Part shown: piece after piece, positions 1 to 6,914 of the stretch
Position numbering within the stretch: the stretch's first letter is position 1
Layout: each line of letters begins with the position of its first letter
Source: an uncultured Clostridia bacterium
Lineage (GTDB): Bacteria > Bacillota > Clostridia > Christensenellales > Aristaeellaceae
NCBI GenBank assembly: GCA_937907055.1
Contig: CALCTW010000112.1
Coordinates: 1-20,948, forward strand
Direction of reading: 5' to 3'
DNA: 20,948 nt
Made by a program: the position numbers and the translations under genes
Notes under the pieces: generated by a model
Seen by the model: the letters and a program-made list of their open reading frames with translations, nothing else
What the model was told of the DNA's origin: nothing
Databases searched by the model: none

Positions 1-2
1 GG

Positions 3-1010
3 TACGGCGGCGAAATGAAGAAGGGTATGTTCTCCATGATGAACTACTACCTGCCGCTGAAGGGCATCGCCAGCATGCACTGCTCCGCCAACACCGATAT
101 GAACGGCGAGAACACCGCTGTGTTCTTCGGTCTGTCCGGTACCGGTAAGACCACCCTGTCCACCGATCCCAAGCGTCTGCTGATCGGCGATGACGAGCAC
201 GGCTGGGATGACAACGGCGTCTTCAACTTCGAAGGCGGCTGCTATGCCAAGGTCATCGGTCTGGATAAGGAATCCGAGCCCGATATCTTCAACGCTATCC
301 GCCGCAACGCGCTGCTGGAGAACGTGACCGTGGCCGAAGACGGCACCATCGATTTCGATGACAAGTCCGTCACCGAAAACACCCGTGTTTCCTATCCCAT
401 CAACCACATCAACAACATCGTGAAGCCCGTTTCCTCCGCGCCTGCCGCGAAGAGCGTCATCTTCCTGTCTGCTGATGCTTTCGGTGTTCTGCCCCCCGTG
501 TCCATCCTGACCCCCGAACAGACCAAGTACTACTTCCTGTCCGGTTTCACCGCCAAGCTGGCCGGTACCGAGCGCGGCATCACCGAGCCCACCCCCACCT
601 TCTCCGCTTGCTTCGGCCAGGCCTTCCTGGAGCTGCATCCCACCAAGTATGCTGAGGAGCTGGTCAAGAAGATGGAAGTTTCCGGCGCCAAGGCTTATCT
701 GGTCAACACCGGCTGGAACGGCACCGGCAAGCGTATCTCCATCAAGGATACCCGCGGCATCATCGACGCGATCCTGAACGGCGATATCAACAATGCCCCC
801 ACCAAGGTCATCCCCCACTTCAATCTGGAAGTTCCCACCGTGCTGAACGGTGTTGACACCGGCATTCTGGATCCTCGCGATACCTATGCCGATGCTTCCC
901 AGTGGGAGACCAAGGCTCAGGATCTGGCCGGCCGCTTCGTGAAGAACTTCGTGAAGTACACCGGTAACGATGCCGGCAAGGCGCTGGTTGCCGCCGGTCC
1001 CACCCTGTAA
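3..1010 (+). CDS. pckA: Phosphoenolpyruvate carboxykinase (ATP), C-terminal ~335 codons; the 5' end is cut by the window edge
   Basis: Frame 3 is open from the window edge (YGGEMKKG...). Contains the P-loop [18 protein letters not shown] and [15 protein letters not shown] motifs typical of ATP-dependent PEPCK. Codon usage is strongly biased. TAA at 1008-1010 is followed by a strong hairpin. Confidence 0.93.
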   Translation, partial: YGGEMKKGMFSMMNYYLPLKGIASMHCSANTDMNGENTAVFFGLSGTGKTTLSTDPKRLLIGDDEHGWDDNGVFNFEGGCYAKVIGLDKESEPDIFNAIRRNALLENVTVAEDGTIDFDDKSVTENTRVSYPINHINNIVKPVSSAPAAKSVIFLSADAFGVLPPVSILTPEQTKYYFLSGFTAKLAGTERGITEPTPTFSACFGQAFLELHPTKYAEELVKKMEVSGAKAYLVNTGWNGTGKRISIKDTRGIIDAILNGDINNAPTKVIPHFNLEVPTVLNGVDTGILDPRDTYADASQWETKAQDLAGRFVKNFVKYTGNDAGKALVAAGPTL

Positions 1011-1039
1011 TTTTGACACCTGAAAATAGGTAAATAAAG

Positions 1040-1079
1040 AATGCCTCCTCTGTCCGAAAGGACGGGGGAGGCATTTTTG
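1040..1079. terminator. Rho-independent terminator, apparently bidirectional, shared by convergent pckA and the minus-strand gene 1166-1624
   Basis: Continuous stem 1040-1055 / 1060-1075 (aatgcctcctctgtcc gaaa ggacgggggaggcatt, with two G-U pairs) and a GAAA loop. T-run at 1074-1078 on the plus strand; the minus-strand side is T-rich (tctttattta). Confidence 0.8.
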
Positions 1080-1165
1080 TAGAGCGTGATAATGGGTAAG
1101 ATGCTGAAAATGCATTATTTCAAATTCAGATCCACATTCTAAATATACATATAGTAAAGAATGTC

Positions 1166-1624
1166 TTAAAGCCGGCTCATGATATCTCCTTTCTTTCTTT
1201 CATATTCCTTCTTTGACAGCTTACCCTTATTATAATCATTCGTAATAGATGCCAATTTATCTTTAAGCAACGTATGATATTCTTCTTCAGTAACTGCCTC
1301 TTTTTCGTATATGTCATCAATATGGTCTAATTCCATATCAACAGACGGGGTTTCATCGCTGAGTTTCATTTGGTTCTTTTTTTTGTTGTTGTTATTGAAA
1401 TTGCCAACAAATTTGTCAGTGTTCTCGATCAGTTGCCCAAAGCCATATGTGAAGTAAGAACCGATCCAAGAGAGGAGAGGGCCAACTAATAAGATGGCCA
1501 GACCGACCTCAAAAGTATAACGGATGTTCATAAGAAGTATTCCTGCTATGAATGACGCGATGATCCCAATGATACAGACGATACGAGCCAGTTTTTTGAT
1601 TTTCCCTCCGATGTTGTCGAACAT
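1166..1624 (-). CDS. Small membrane protein (152 aa) with N-terminal MFDNIGGKIKKLA motif, two predicted TM helices and a SHOCT-like C-terminal tail
   Basis: The ATG at 1624-1622 is preferred over the ORF-track start because a GGAGG (complement of 1634-1638) lies 9 nt upstream. Hydrophobic stretches IVCIIGIIASFIAGILLM and VGLAILLVGPLLSWIGSYF. The tail NKGKLSKKEYERKKGDIM resembles the SHOCT motif G-x-[IL]-[ST]-x-x-E-[FY]-x-x-x-K. The DNA is AT-rich. A paralogue lies at 16206-16808. Confidence 0.7.
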   Translation of the reverse strand: MFDNIGGKIKKLARIVCIIGIIASFIAGILLMNIRYTFEVGLAILLVGPLLSWIGSYFTYGFGQLIENTDKFVGNFNNNNKKKNQMKLSDETPSVDMELDHIDDIYEKEAVTEEEYHTLLKDKLASITNDYNKGKLSKKEYERKKGDIMSRL

Positions 1625-1684
1625 GATGATGCCCCTCCCAATAATAATGATTTCCCTTTGGCATGATTTGTGTTTCACGGAACG

Positions 1685-1714
1685 ATGAAATCCCTCTCAT
1701 GCGAGACATACAAT
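1685..1714 (+). promoter_or_regulatory. Weak candidate promoter for the XRE gene
   Basis: ATGAAA (1685-1690), 18-nt spacer, TACAAT (1709-1714). It lies back-to-back and overlapping with the minus-strand promoter. The -35 is only a partial match. Confidence 0.25.
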
Positions 1715-1756
1715 ATACCAAAATGGGATATTTTGATTATACCGATTTGGTATATT
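1712..1756. promoter_or_regulatory. Perfect 11-bp inverted repeat AATATACCAAA-N23-TTTGGTATATT; candidate operator for the adjacent XRE regulator
   Basis: Arms at 1712-1722 and 1746-1756 are exact reverse complements. The right arm sits inside the spacer of the minus-strand consensus promoter. The left arm overlaps the candidate plus-strand -10 and start site. Confidence 0.55.
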
Positions 1757-1764
1757 CCTGTCAA
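1736..1764 (-). promoter_or_regulatory. Consensus sigma-70/SigA-type promoter for the membrane-protein gene (minus strand)
   Basis: On the minus strand: TTGACA (complement of 1759-1764), an exact 17-nt spacer (1742-1758), then TATAAT (complement of 1736-1741). Both hexamers match consensus 6/6. Confidence 0.6.
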
Positions 1765-1779
1765 GGGGTGATTAATGAA

Positions 1780-2010
1780 ATGCGGTTGAAAGAACTGAGA
1801 AAGAAGCATCACATTTCACAACTACGGCTTGCAATGGAACTGGGAATGAATCAAAATACGATAAGCCGTTATGAAAAAGGAATTCGTGAAGCGGATTATG
1901 CGACATTGATTCTGATTGCTGATTATTTTCACTGTTCTATTGATTACCTTCTTGAAAGAACAAATAATCCTGAAATGCCAAAGTCCCTTCCTGAAAATAT
2001 GAACTTCTGA
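1780..2010 (+). CDS. XRE-family helix-turn-helix transcriptional regulator (76 aa)
   Basis: MRLKELRKKHHISQLRLAMELGMNQNTISRYEKGIREADYATLILIADYFHCSIDYLLERT is a classic Cro/C1-type HTH with the SxDYLLxRT tail. ATG at 1780 is preceded by AAGGGG (1763-1768). The upstream in-frame extension of the ORF track has no HTH content. Confidence 0.85.
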   Translation: MRLKELRKKHHISQLRLAMELGMNQNTISRYEKGIREADYATLILIADYFHCSIDYLLERTNNPEMPKSLPENMNF

Positions 2011-2044
2011 CGCTCTTCTCCGGATTTCCTGAAGAGCGTTTTTG
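2010..2044 (+). terminator. Rho-independent terminator after the XRE gene
   Basis: Stem acgctcttc (2010-2018) / gaagagcgt (2031-2039), 12-nt loop, T-run 2039-2043. Confidence 0.75.
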
Positions 2045-2072
2045 ATTGCTGTAAAACAGCTTCTAACTTTTC

Positions 2073-2100
2073 TTGCGTGTCCGTGAAATTGATGTATAAT
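2073..2100 (+). promoter_or_regulatory. Candidate promoter for the PAP2 gene
   Basis: TTGCGT (2073-2078), 16-nt spacer, TATAAT (2095-2100). Confidence 0.35.
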
Positions 2101-2156
2101 GGAACTCATAAACAGTGCCGCGTCATTGCGTCCGCCGTAGGAGGAGTTTTGAAACA

Positions 2157-3095
2157 ATGCAGGGAAACGCGTTCTTTTTTGCCTGGGAGGAGCAGGTTCT
2201 GCTCTTTTTGCAATCGTTTATGGGCGGCGTGTGGCAGCGTATTGCCGAGTTTTTCTCTTTGATCGGTGAGGAACTGGTGCCGGTCGCCATCGTCGCGTTC
2301 GTTTACTGGTGCCTCAATAAGCAGTTGGGCAAGCGCATTGCCTTCAGTGTCACGCTGACCAGTCTGGGCTTTCCGATGATCAAGAATATCGTACTGCGTT
2401 TGCGTCCTTATATGGTGAATCATGATATCGTCTGCCTGAAGCTGCCTGTCAAAGGAGCGGATCCGCTGGATGTAACAGCGCAGGGCTATTCCTTCCCCAG
2501 CGGTCACAGCGCCATGGCGGCCGGGACCTACGGGGCGATCGGTTCTTACGTCCGCAAAAATTGGGCGTGGTGCCTGGCTGTCATCCTGCCGCTGCTCATC
2601 GGCATCAGCCGTTTGTGCCTTGGCGTGCATTATCCCACGGATATCATGGCCGGATGGGCGGTCGGGGCGATCGGCGTCGGCGTGACGATCCTGATGGAGA
2701 AGTTCATTCCGAAAGAAATGTATCGCTTTGCTATTTTATTCATCATCGCGCTGCCGGGTATTTTCTATTGTCAGAGTGATGATTATTTCTCCGCGCTCGG
2801 TCTGCTGATCGGCTTTGCCGCCGGGCTCTGGTTTGAACAGCGGTATGTCAAATTCTCTGTTACGCGCCGCCCGCTCATCATGCTGCTGCGTACTGTCGCG
2901 GGTCTTCTCATCTATCTGGGTGTGTCCGCAGCGCTCAAGGCGCTTTTCGGGGTGATCTTCGGTGCCGCGGGTCCCGCTGCCCTTGCCGGACGTGTCATCC
3001 GTTACGCGCTGTGCGTCTTCCTGCTCGCGGGGCCTTATCCCATGCTTTTCACATTGCTTGATAAATGGCTTCCCGCGCGCGGTAAGGCCGCGTAA
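2157..3095 (+). CDS. PAP2-family membrane phosphatase (phosphatidic acid / undecaprenyl-diphosphate phosphatase-like) with an extra C-terminal multi-TM region
   Basis: All three PAP2 signature motifs are present: KNIVLRLRP (KxxxxxxRP), FPSGHS (PSGH) and SRLCLGVHYPTD (SRxxxxxHxxxD). ATG at 2157 is preceded by AGGAGGAG (2139-2146). Confidence 0.88.
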   Translation: MQGNAFFFAWEEQVLLFLQSFMGGVWQRIAEFFSLIGEELVPVAIVAFVYWCLNKQLGKRIAFSVTLTSLGFPMIKNIVLRLRPYMVNHDIVCLKLPVKGADPLDVTAQGYSFPSGHSAMAAGTYGAIGSYVRKNWAWCLAVILPLLIGISRLCLGVHYPTDIMAGWAVGAIGVGVTILMEKFIPKEMYRFAILFIIALPGIFYCQSDDYFSALGLLIGFAAGLWFEQRYVKFSVTRRPLIMLLRTVAGLLIYLGVSAALKALFGVIFGAAGPAALAGRVIRYALCVFLLAGPYPMLFTLLDKWLPARGKAA

Positions 3096-3168
3096 ACTTT
3101 TCTTTTGATCCGGGAGTATGTCTATGTCTGAAAATAAATAGCCAGTCACACAAAACGCCAAATATATC

Positions 3169-4626
3169 ATGATGACCACACAGCCGGTCGAGAAGCTCGT
3201 CTGCAAAATGAGCATTCCCACCATCATCTCCATGCTGGTCACCGCGCTGTATAATATGGCGGATACCTTCTTTGTCGGTCAGATCGATACAACGGCGACC
3301 GCCGGGGTGGGGCTCATTTTTCCCATCATGTCCATCATTCAGGCCTTCGGTTTCTTCTTCGGTCAGGGCTCGGGCAACTTTATTTCCCGTCAGCTCGGCG
3401 CGCGGAAGCGCGATCAGGCGGAGATCATGGCGTCCACGGGAAATCTGAGCGCTTTGTTCTTTGGCCTGCTCATCCTGCTTTTCGGTACGGTCTTTATGGA
3501 TCCGCTTTTGCAGGTGCTGGGGGCGGATGAAACCCGTGTGCAGCATCAGACGGTCGTTTACGCGCGGGATTATCTGCGCGTCATTCTGTTCGGCGCGCCG
3601 TTCATGTGCATGAGCTGCGTGCTCAATAATCAGATGCGTTTCCAGGGCAATGCCGTGTTTTCCATGATCGGTCTGGTCAGCGGCGCTGTGGTCAACTGCA
3701 TCCTGGATCCGCTGTTCATTCTCGTTTTCAAAATGGAAGTTATCGGCGCCGCGCTCGCGACCGCGATCAGCCAGTGCCTTTCCTGCGCGATCCTCTATGT
3801 GGGCACGCTGCGCAGCGACAGCCTCAAGATCCGTCTGCGCAATTTCCGCCCCACGCTCTATTATTACAAGCAGATCGCCATCGGCGGCGCGCCCAGTCTC
3901 TTCCGTCAGGGGCTGGCCAGCGTGGCTACGCTGTGTCTTAACAGCGCTGCCGGGTCGGCTGCCGCCGCGCAGGTCACCGAGGCCATCGCGCAGGCGGAGG
4001 GATTCTCCTCTCTGGCGGAAGCCGCCAAGATCCACGCGGATGCCGCCGTCGCGGCCTTCTCTGTGGTGGGCAAGGTGATGATGTTTGCTTTCTCCGCGCT
4101 GCTGGGCTTCGGTCAGGGGTTCCAGCCGGTCTGCGGCTTCAATTACGGGGCCCGGAAATACGGAAGGGTCTGCCGGGCTTATACCTTCTGCCTGAAGGTG
4201 GGGGTCATTGTGCTGTTCACGCTGGCGCTTCTGGGCTTCGTGTTCGCGCAGCCGGTCGTCCGTGTATTCCGTGATGATCCTCTCGTTACCTCCTACGCGG
4301 CCATTGCCATGCGCTGCCAGTGCTGCACGTTCGTGCTCATGAGCCTTGTTACGCTCACCAATATGCTTTATCAGAATATAGGCCGCGTTGTCGGGGCCAC
4401 GCTGCTCGCGGTCGCGCGTCAGGGGCTCATGTTCATCCCTGTCGTGCTCATTCTTCCCGCGATGTTTGAGCAGCCCATCTGGGGCGTATATCTGGCGCAG
4501 CCGCTGGCCGATCTGTTCGCGTTTATCCTCGCCGTTCCGCTGGCTGTCAGCATGTATAAGGAATTGAAACGGCAGCAGTTCGCGGAGGATCTGGATATGT
4601 CCGTCGCGGACTTGACGTCTGATTAA
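3169..4626 (+). CDS. MATE-family efflux transporter (485 aa)
   Basis: The N-terminus PVEKLVCKMSIPTIISMLVTALYNMADTFFVGQ is the typical MATE opening. About 12 hydrophobic segments in a two-lobe architecture. No clear SD before 3169, so the start is approximate. Confidence 0.88.
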   Translation: MMTTQPVEKLVCKMSIPTIISMLVTALYNMADTFFVGQIDTTATAGVGLIFPIMSIIQAFGFFFGQGSGNFISRQLGARKRDQAEIMASTGNLSALFFGLLILLFGTVFMDPLLQVLGADETRVQHQTVVYARDYLRVILFGAPFMCMSCVLNNQMRFQGNAVFSMIGLVSGAVVNCILDPLFILVFKMEVIGAALATAISQCLSCAILYVGTLRSDSLKIRLRNFRPTLYYYKQIAIGGAPSLFRQGLASVATLCLNSAAGSAAAAQVTEAIAQAEGFSSLAEAAKIHADAAVAAFSVVGKVMMFAFSALLGFGQGFQPVCGFNYGARKYGRVCRAYTFCLKVGVIVLFTLALLGFVFAQPVVRVFRDDPLVTSYAAIAMRCQCCTFVLMSLVTLTNMLYQNIGRVVGATLLAVARQGLMFIPVVLILPAMFEQPIWGVYLAQPLADLFAFILAVPLAVSMYKELKRQQFAEDLDMSVADLTSD

Positions 4627-4640
4627 CACGTCATTATAAT
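4612..4640 (+). promoter_or_regulatory. Near-consensus promoter embedded in the MATE 3' end, positioned to drive 4676-5667
   Basis: TTGACG (4612-4617), exact 17-nt spacer, TATAAT (4635-4640), about 35 nt upstream of the TTG start at 4676. Confidence 0.5.
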
Positions 4641-4675
4641 GTGCGTATTTCCAAATCTCCGAAGGGGGGATCACC

Positions 4676-5107
4676 TTGTTTAAAAAGTTTTCTGCCGCCT
4701 TGCTGGTCATGGTGCTTCTGCTTGCTGCCGCGTTGCCGGTTCGCGCCGAAGAGCCCTGTATGCTGCTCGTCACCCGTGTCTATACGGATCCCGTCACCGG
4801 TGCTGTGATGCTGGAGGGCGCCCCGGGCAATGTGGATATCACCAATAACGCGGGCGCGGTCTTTACCGGTTTTGATCTCACTTCTCTTCTCACCCTGCGG
4901 GTAGCGGAGAATGCCGTCATCTGGCTGCCGGATAATCTGTCCGCGCCCTCCGCGCAACGCTGTGTGGCTGTGAGCGAGCTGCCGGGCTGGTATGCTGCCG
5001 CCGGTTCTTTCCTGAATGCCATGGGCGTGCGGGAAGCTTTCTTCGCGGCGGTCACGCTGGAAAATGCCGCTTCTGTCACCATGCTCACCCTGTGCACCTT
5101 TGACTGA
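4676..5107 (+). CDS. Hypothetical secreted protein (143 aa) with an N-terminal signal peptide
   Basis: TTG start is preceded by GAAGGGGGG (4661-4669). MFKKFSAALLVMVLLLAAALPVRA-EEP looks like a Sec signal with an AxA-type cleavage site. I recognise no domain. Confidence 0.6.
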   Translation: MFKKFSAALLVMVLLLAAALPVRAEEPCMLLVTRVYTDPVTGAVMLEGAPGNVDITNNAGAVFTGFDLTSLLTLRVAENAVIWLPDNLSAPSAQRCVAVSELPGWYAAAGSFLNAMGVREAFFAAVTLENAASVTMLTLCTFD

Positions 5108-5124
5108 TCATTTGGGAGAACAAA

Positions 5125-5667
5125 ATGAAATTCTTTATTGCTTCTGATATTCACGGCAGCGCTTTCTGGTGCGCAAAGATGCTGGAGGCCTTCGAGCGTG
5201 AAAAGGCTTCCCGGCTCATCCTGCTGGGGGATCTGCTCTATCACGGTCCCCGAAATGATCTTCCGGAGGGATATGCCCCCAAAGAAGTCATCCGTATGCT
5301 GAATGAGCAGAAGGACAGGCTCCTTTGTGTCCGCGGCAATTGCGAGGCTGAGGTGGATCAGATGGTGCTTTCCTTCCCGGTCATGGCGGAATACGCGCTG
5401 CTGCCGATGGGGGAGAGGGTCATCTTCATCACGCACGGGCATATCCACAATCTGTCCCATCTGCCGCCGCTCCGCGCGGGCGATATTCTGCTCCACGGTC
5501 ACACGCATGTGCCCGCCTGGCAGGAGCAGGAGGGCGTCTTCTACCTCAATCCCGGCTCTGTATCCATCCCGAAGGAGAATTCGGCGCATGGTTATATGAT
5601 CCTGGAGGATAACACCTTCGTTTGGAAGGATCTTGACGGAAAAGTTTATCACGAGCTTTGCTTCTGA
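5125..5667 (+). CDS. yfcE: YfcE-type metallophosphoesterase / phosphodiesterase (MJ0936 family)
   Basis: Collinear with E. coli YfcE as I remember it: ASDIHGS, LGDLLYHGPRNDLPEGYAPK, VRGNCEAEVDQM, THGH, HGHTH, NPGSVSIPK. GGGAGA SD at 5113-5118. Confidence 0.88.
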   Translation: MKFFIASDIHGSAFWCAKMLEAFEREKASRLILLGDLLYHGPRNDLPEGYAPKEVIRMLNEQKDRLLCVRGNCEAEVDQMVLSFPVMAEYALLPMGERVIFITHGHIHNLSHLPPLRAGDILLHGHTHVPAWQEQEGVFYLNPGSVSIPKENSAHGYMILEDNTFVWKDLDGKVYHELCF

Positions 5668-5674
5668 ATCCCGG

Positions 5675-5699
5675 CCTCCGCGTTCACGCGGGGGTTTTT
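5675..5699 (+). terminator. Rho-independent terminator after yfcE
   Basis: Stem cctccgcg (5675-5682) / cgcggggg (5687-5694, one G-U pair), TTCA loop, TTTTT at 5695-5699. Confidence 0.7.
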
Positions 5700-5811
5700 G
5701 CGTGTTTGACGCAAAAATCGGTTCCGGTTTTCAGGCGCGCCGTACCGCGTCCGGGCGCTGTTTGTTTCCTTGGGAGCCGTGCGCCTCTGCAATATACATT
5801 TGCACTGTATG

Positions 5812-5829
5812 AATGCATAAAAATGCATA
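5812..5829. promoter_or_regulatory. ARG-box-like palindrome (candidate ArgR/AhrC operator), box 1
   Basis: AATGCATAAAAATGCATA against the E. coli ARG box wnTGAATwwwwATTCAnw has two symmetric mismatches (TGCAT....ATGCA). It lies upstream of the arg operon promoter. Confidence 0.55.
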
Positions 5830-5843
5830 ATATGTTTGTTTTT

Positions 5844-5861
5844 AATGTGTATTTATACAGA
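5844..5861. promoter_or_regulatory. ARG-box-like sequence, box 2 (weaker)
   Basis: AATGTGTATTTATACAGA has 7/10 core positions of the ARG-box consensus and contains the palindrome TGTAT-TT-ATACA. It starts 32 bp after box 1 and abuts the -35. Confidence 0.4.
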
Positions 5862-5867
5862 AATACA

Positions 5868-5895
5868 TTGACTTTTATTCCTGCTGCATTATAAT
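5868..5895 (+). promoter_or_regulatory. Promoter of the argCJBD operon
   Basis: TTGACT (5868-5873), 16-nt spacer, TATAAT (5890-5895), about 30 nt upstream of the argC ATG. The upstream region is AT-rich. Confidence 0.6.
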
Positions 5896-5926
5896 AGACA
5901 ACGTATCTTATGATGGAGGAAAGACC

Positions 5927-6847
5927 ATGACGAAGATTTTTATTGACGGCAGCGCCGGTACAACGGGTCTGAGGCTGAATGAAAGGCTCGCGGGCCGGAA
6001 GGAGATCGAGTTGATCGCCATCCCCGAGGCATTCAGGAAGGATCCGGCTGCCCGCAGGGATGCCCTGAATCAGGCGGATATCGCGTTTCTCTGTCTGCCG
6101 GATGCTTCGGCGGTCGAGTCTGCTTCTCTGGTCGAGAATCCGGCCACCGCGGTCATCGATACTTCCACGGCGCATCGTGTGAATGATAACTGGGTCTTCG
6201 GTTTCCCGGAACTTAAGGGACAGAAGCAGAAGATCCTTTCCTCCAAGCGGATCGCCAATCCGGGCTGCCATGCCAGCGGCTTTATCGCGCTGGTCGCGCC
6301 GCTCGTGCAGGCGGGTCTCATCCCGGCCGATCTTCCGCTCAGCGCGTTCTCGCTCACCGGCTACAGCGGCGGCGGCAAAAAAATGATCGCCGAATATGAA
6401 TCGGAGGATCGTGATACGCTGCTGGACGCTCCCAGAATGTACGGTGTCACGCAGGCGCACAAGCATCTGCCCGAGATGGTCAAGCTGTGCGGCCTTGCTT
6501 CCGCGCCGGTCTTCTGTCCCATCGTCGCGCCTTATTACGCCGGCATGGAAGTTACCGTGCCGCTCCACCGAAGCCTCATCAACGGCACACCGGATGATCT
6601 TCGCGCCGCGTATAAGGATTATTACACCTCCGGCCTTGTGCGTTACTGCGATGACAGTGAGGGCGGCTTCCTCTCTGCCGGCAGCATGAGCGGCCGTGAT
6701 GATATGGTGATCGGTGTTTACGGCAATGATGACCGTATCCTGCTGGTTTCCCGCTTTGATAATCTAGGCAAGGGTGCCTCCGGCAGCGCCATTCAGAATA
6801 TGAATCTGCTGCTGGGTGTGGATGAGGCGACCGGCCTCAATGTCTGA
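5927..6847 (+). CDS. argC: N-acetyl-gamma-glutamyl-phosphate reductase, short type-2 form (306 aa)
   Basis: IFIDGSAGTTGLRLNERLAGR, catalytic-Cys motif ANPGCHASG, SGYSGGGKKMI and DNLGKGASGSAIQNMNLLLG are collinear with the ~310-aa type-2 ArgC proteins. GGAGGA SD at 5914-5919. Confidence 0.92.
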   Translation: MTKIFIDGSAGTTGLRLNERLAGRKEIELIAIPEAFRKDPAARRDALNQADIAFLCLPDASAVESASLVENPATAVIDTSTAHRVNDNWVFGFPELKGQKQKILSSKRIANPGCHASGFIALVAPLVQAGLIPADLPLSAFSLTGYSGGGKKMIAEYESEDRDTLLDAPRMYGVTQAHKHLPEMVKLCGLASAPVFCPIVAPYYAGMEVTVPLHRSLINGTPDDLRAAYKDYYTSGLVRYCDDSEGGFLSAGSMSGRDDMVIGVYGNDDRILLVSRFDNLGKGASGSAIQNMNLLLGVDEATGLNV

Positions 6848-6914
6848 TCTGTGATCTTTTCCGCTCTCCTTTCCGGGAGGGCGATATGACAGGATGAATA
6901 AAGGAGCAAATGAT

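Noticed and set aside
1092-1142. 16-codon micro-ORF (MGKMLKMHYFKFRSTF) between the pckA terminator and the islet gene.
   Set aside because: It has no SD or promoter, and it lies downstream of a strong terminator and in the 3' region of the convergent gene. Such a short ATG-to-stop stretch is expected by chance in AT-rich DNA.
1081-2038. AGAGCGT present at both edges of the AT-rich islet (1081-1087 and 2032-2038), considered as a possible target-site duplication.
   Set aside because: It is only 7 bp. The right-hand copy is part of the XRE terminator stem. A match of that length between two ~100-bp boundary zones is expected by chance. No integrase or terminal inverted repeats are present.
3049-4773. 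574-aa minus-strand ORF, the longest ORF in the window.
   Set aside because: It is entirely antisense to the well-supported MATE gene. Its product is Arg/His/Gly/Asp/Glu-rich low-complexity sequence with no motif and no SD. This is a typical stop-poor shadow frame in GC-rich coding DNA.
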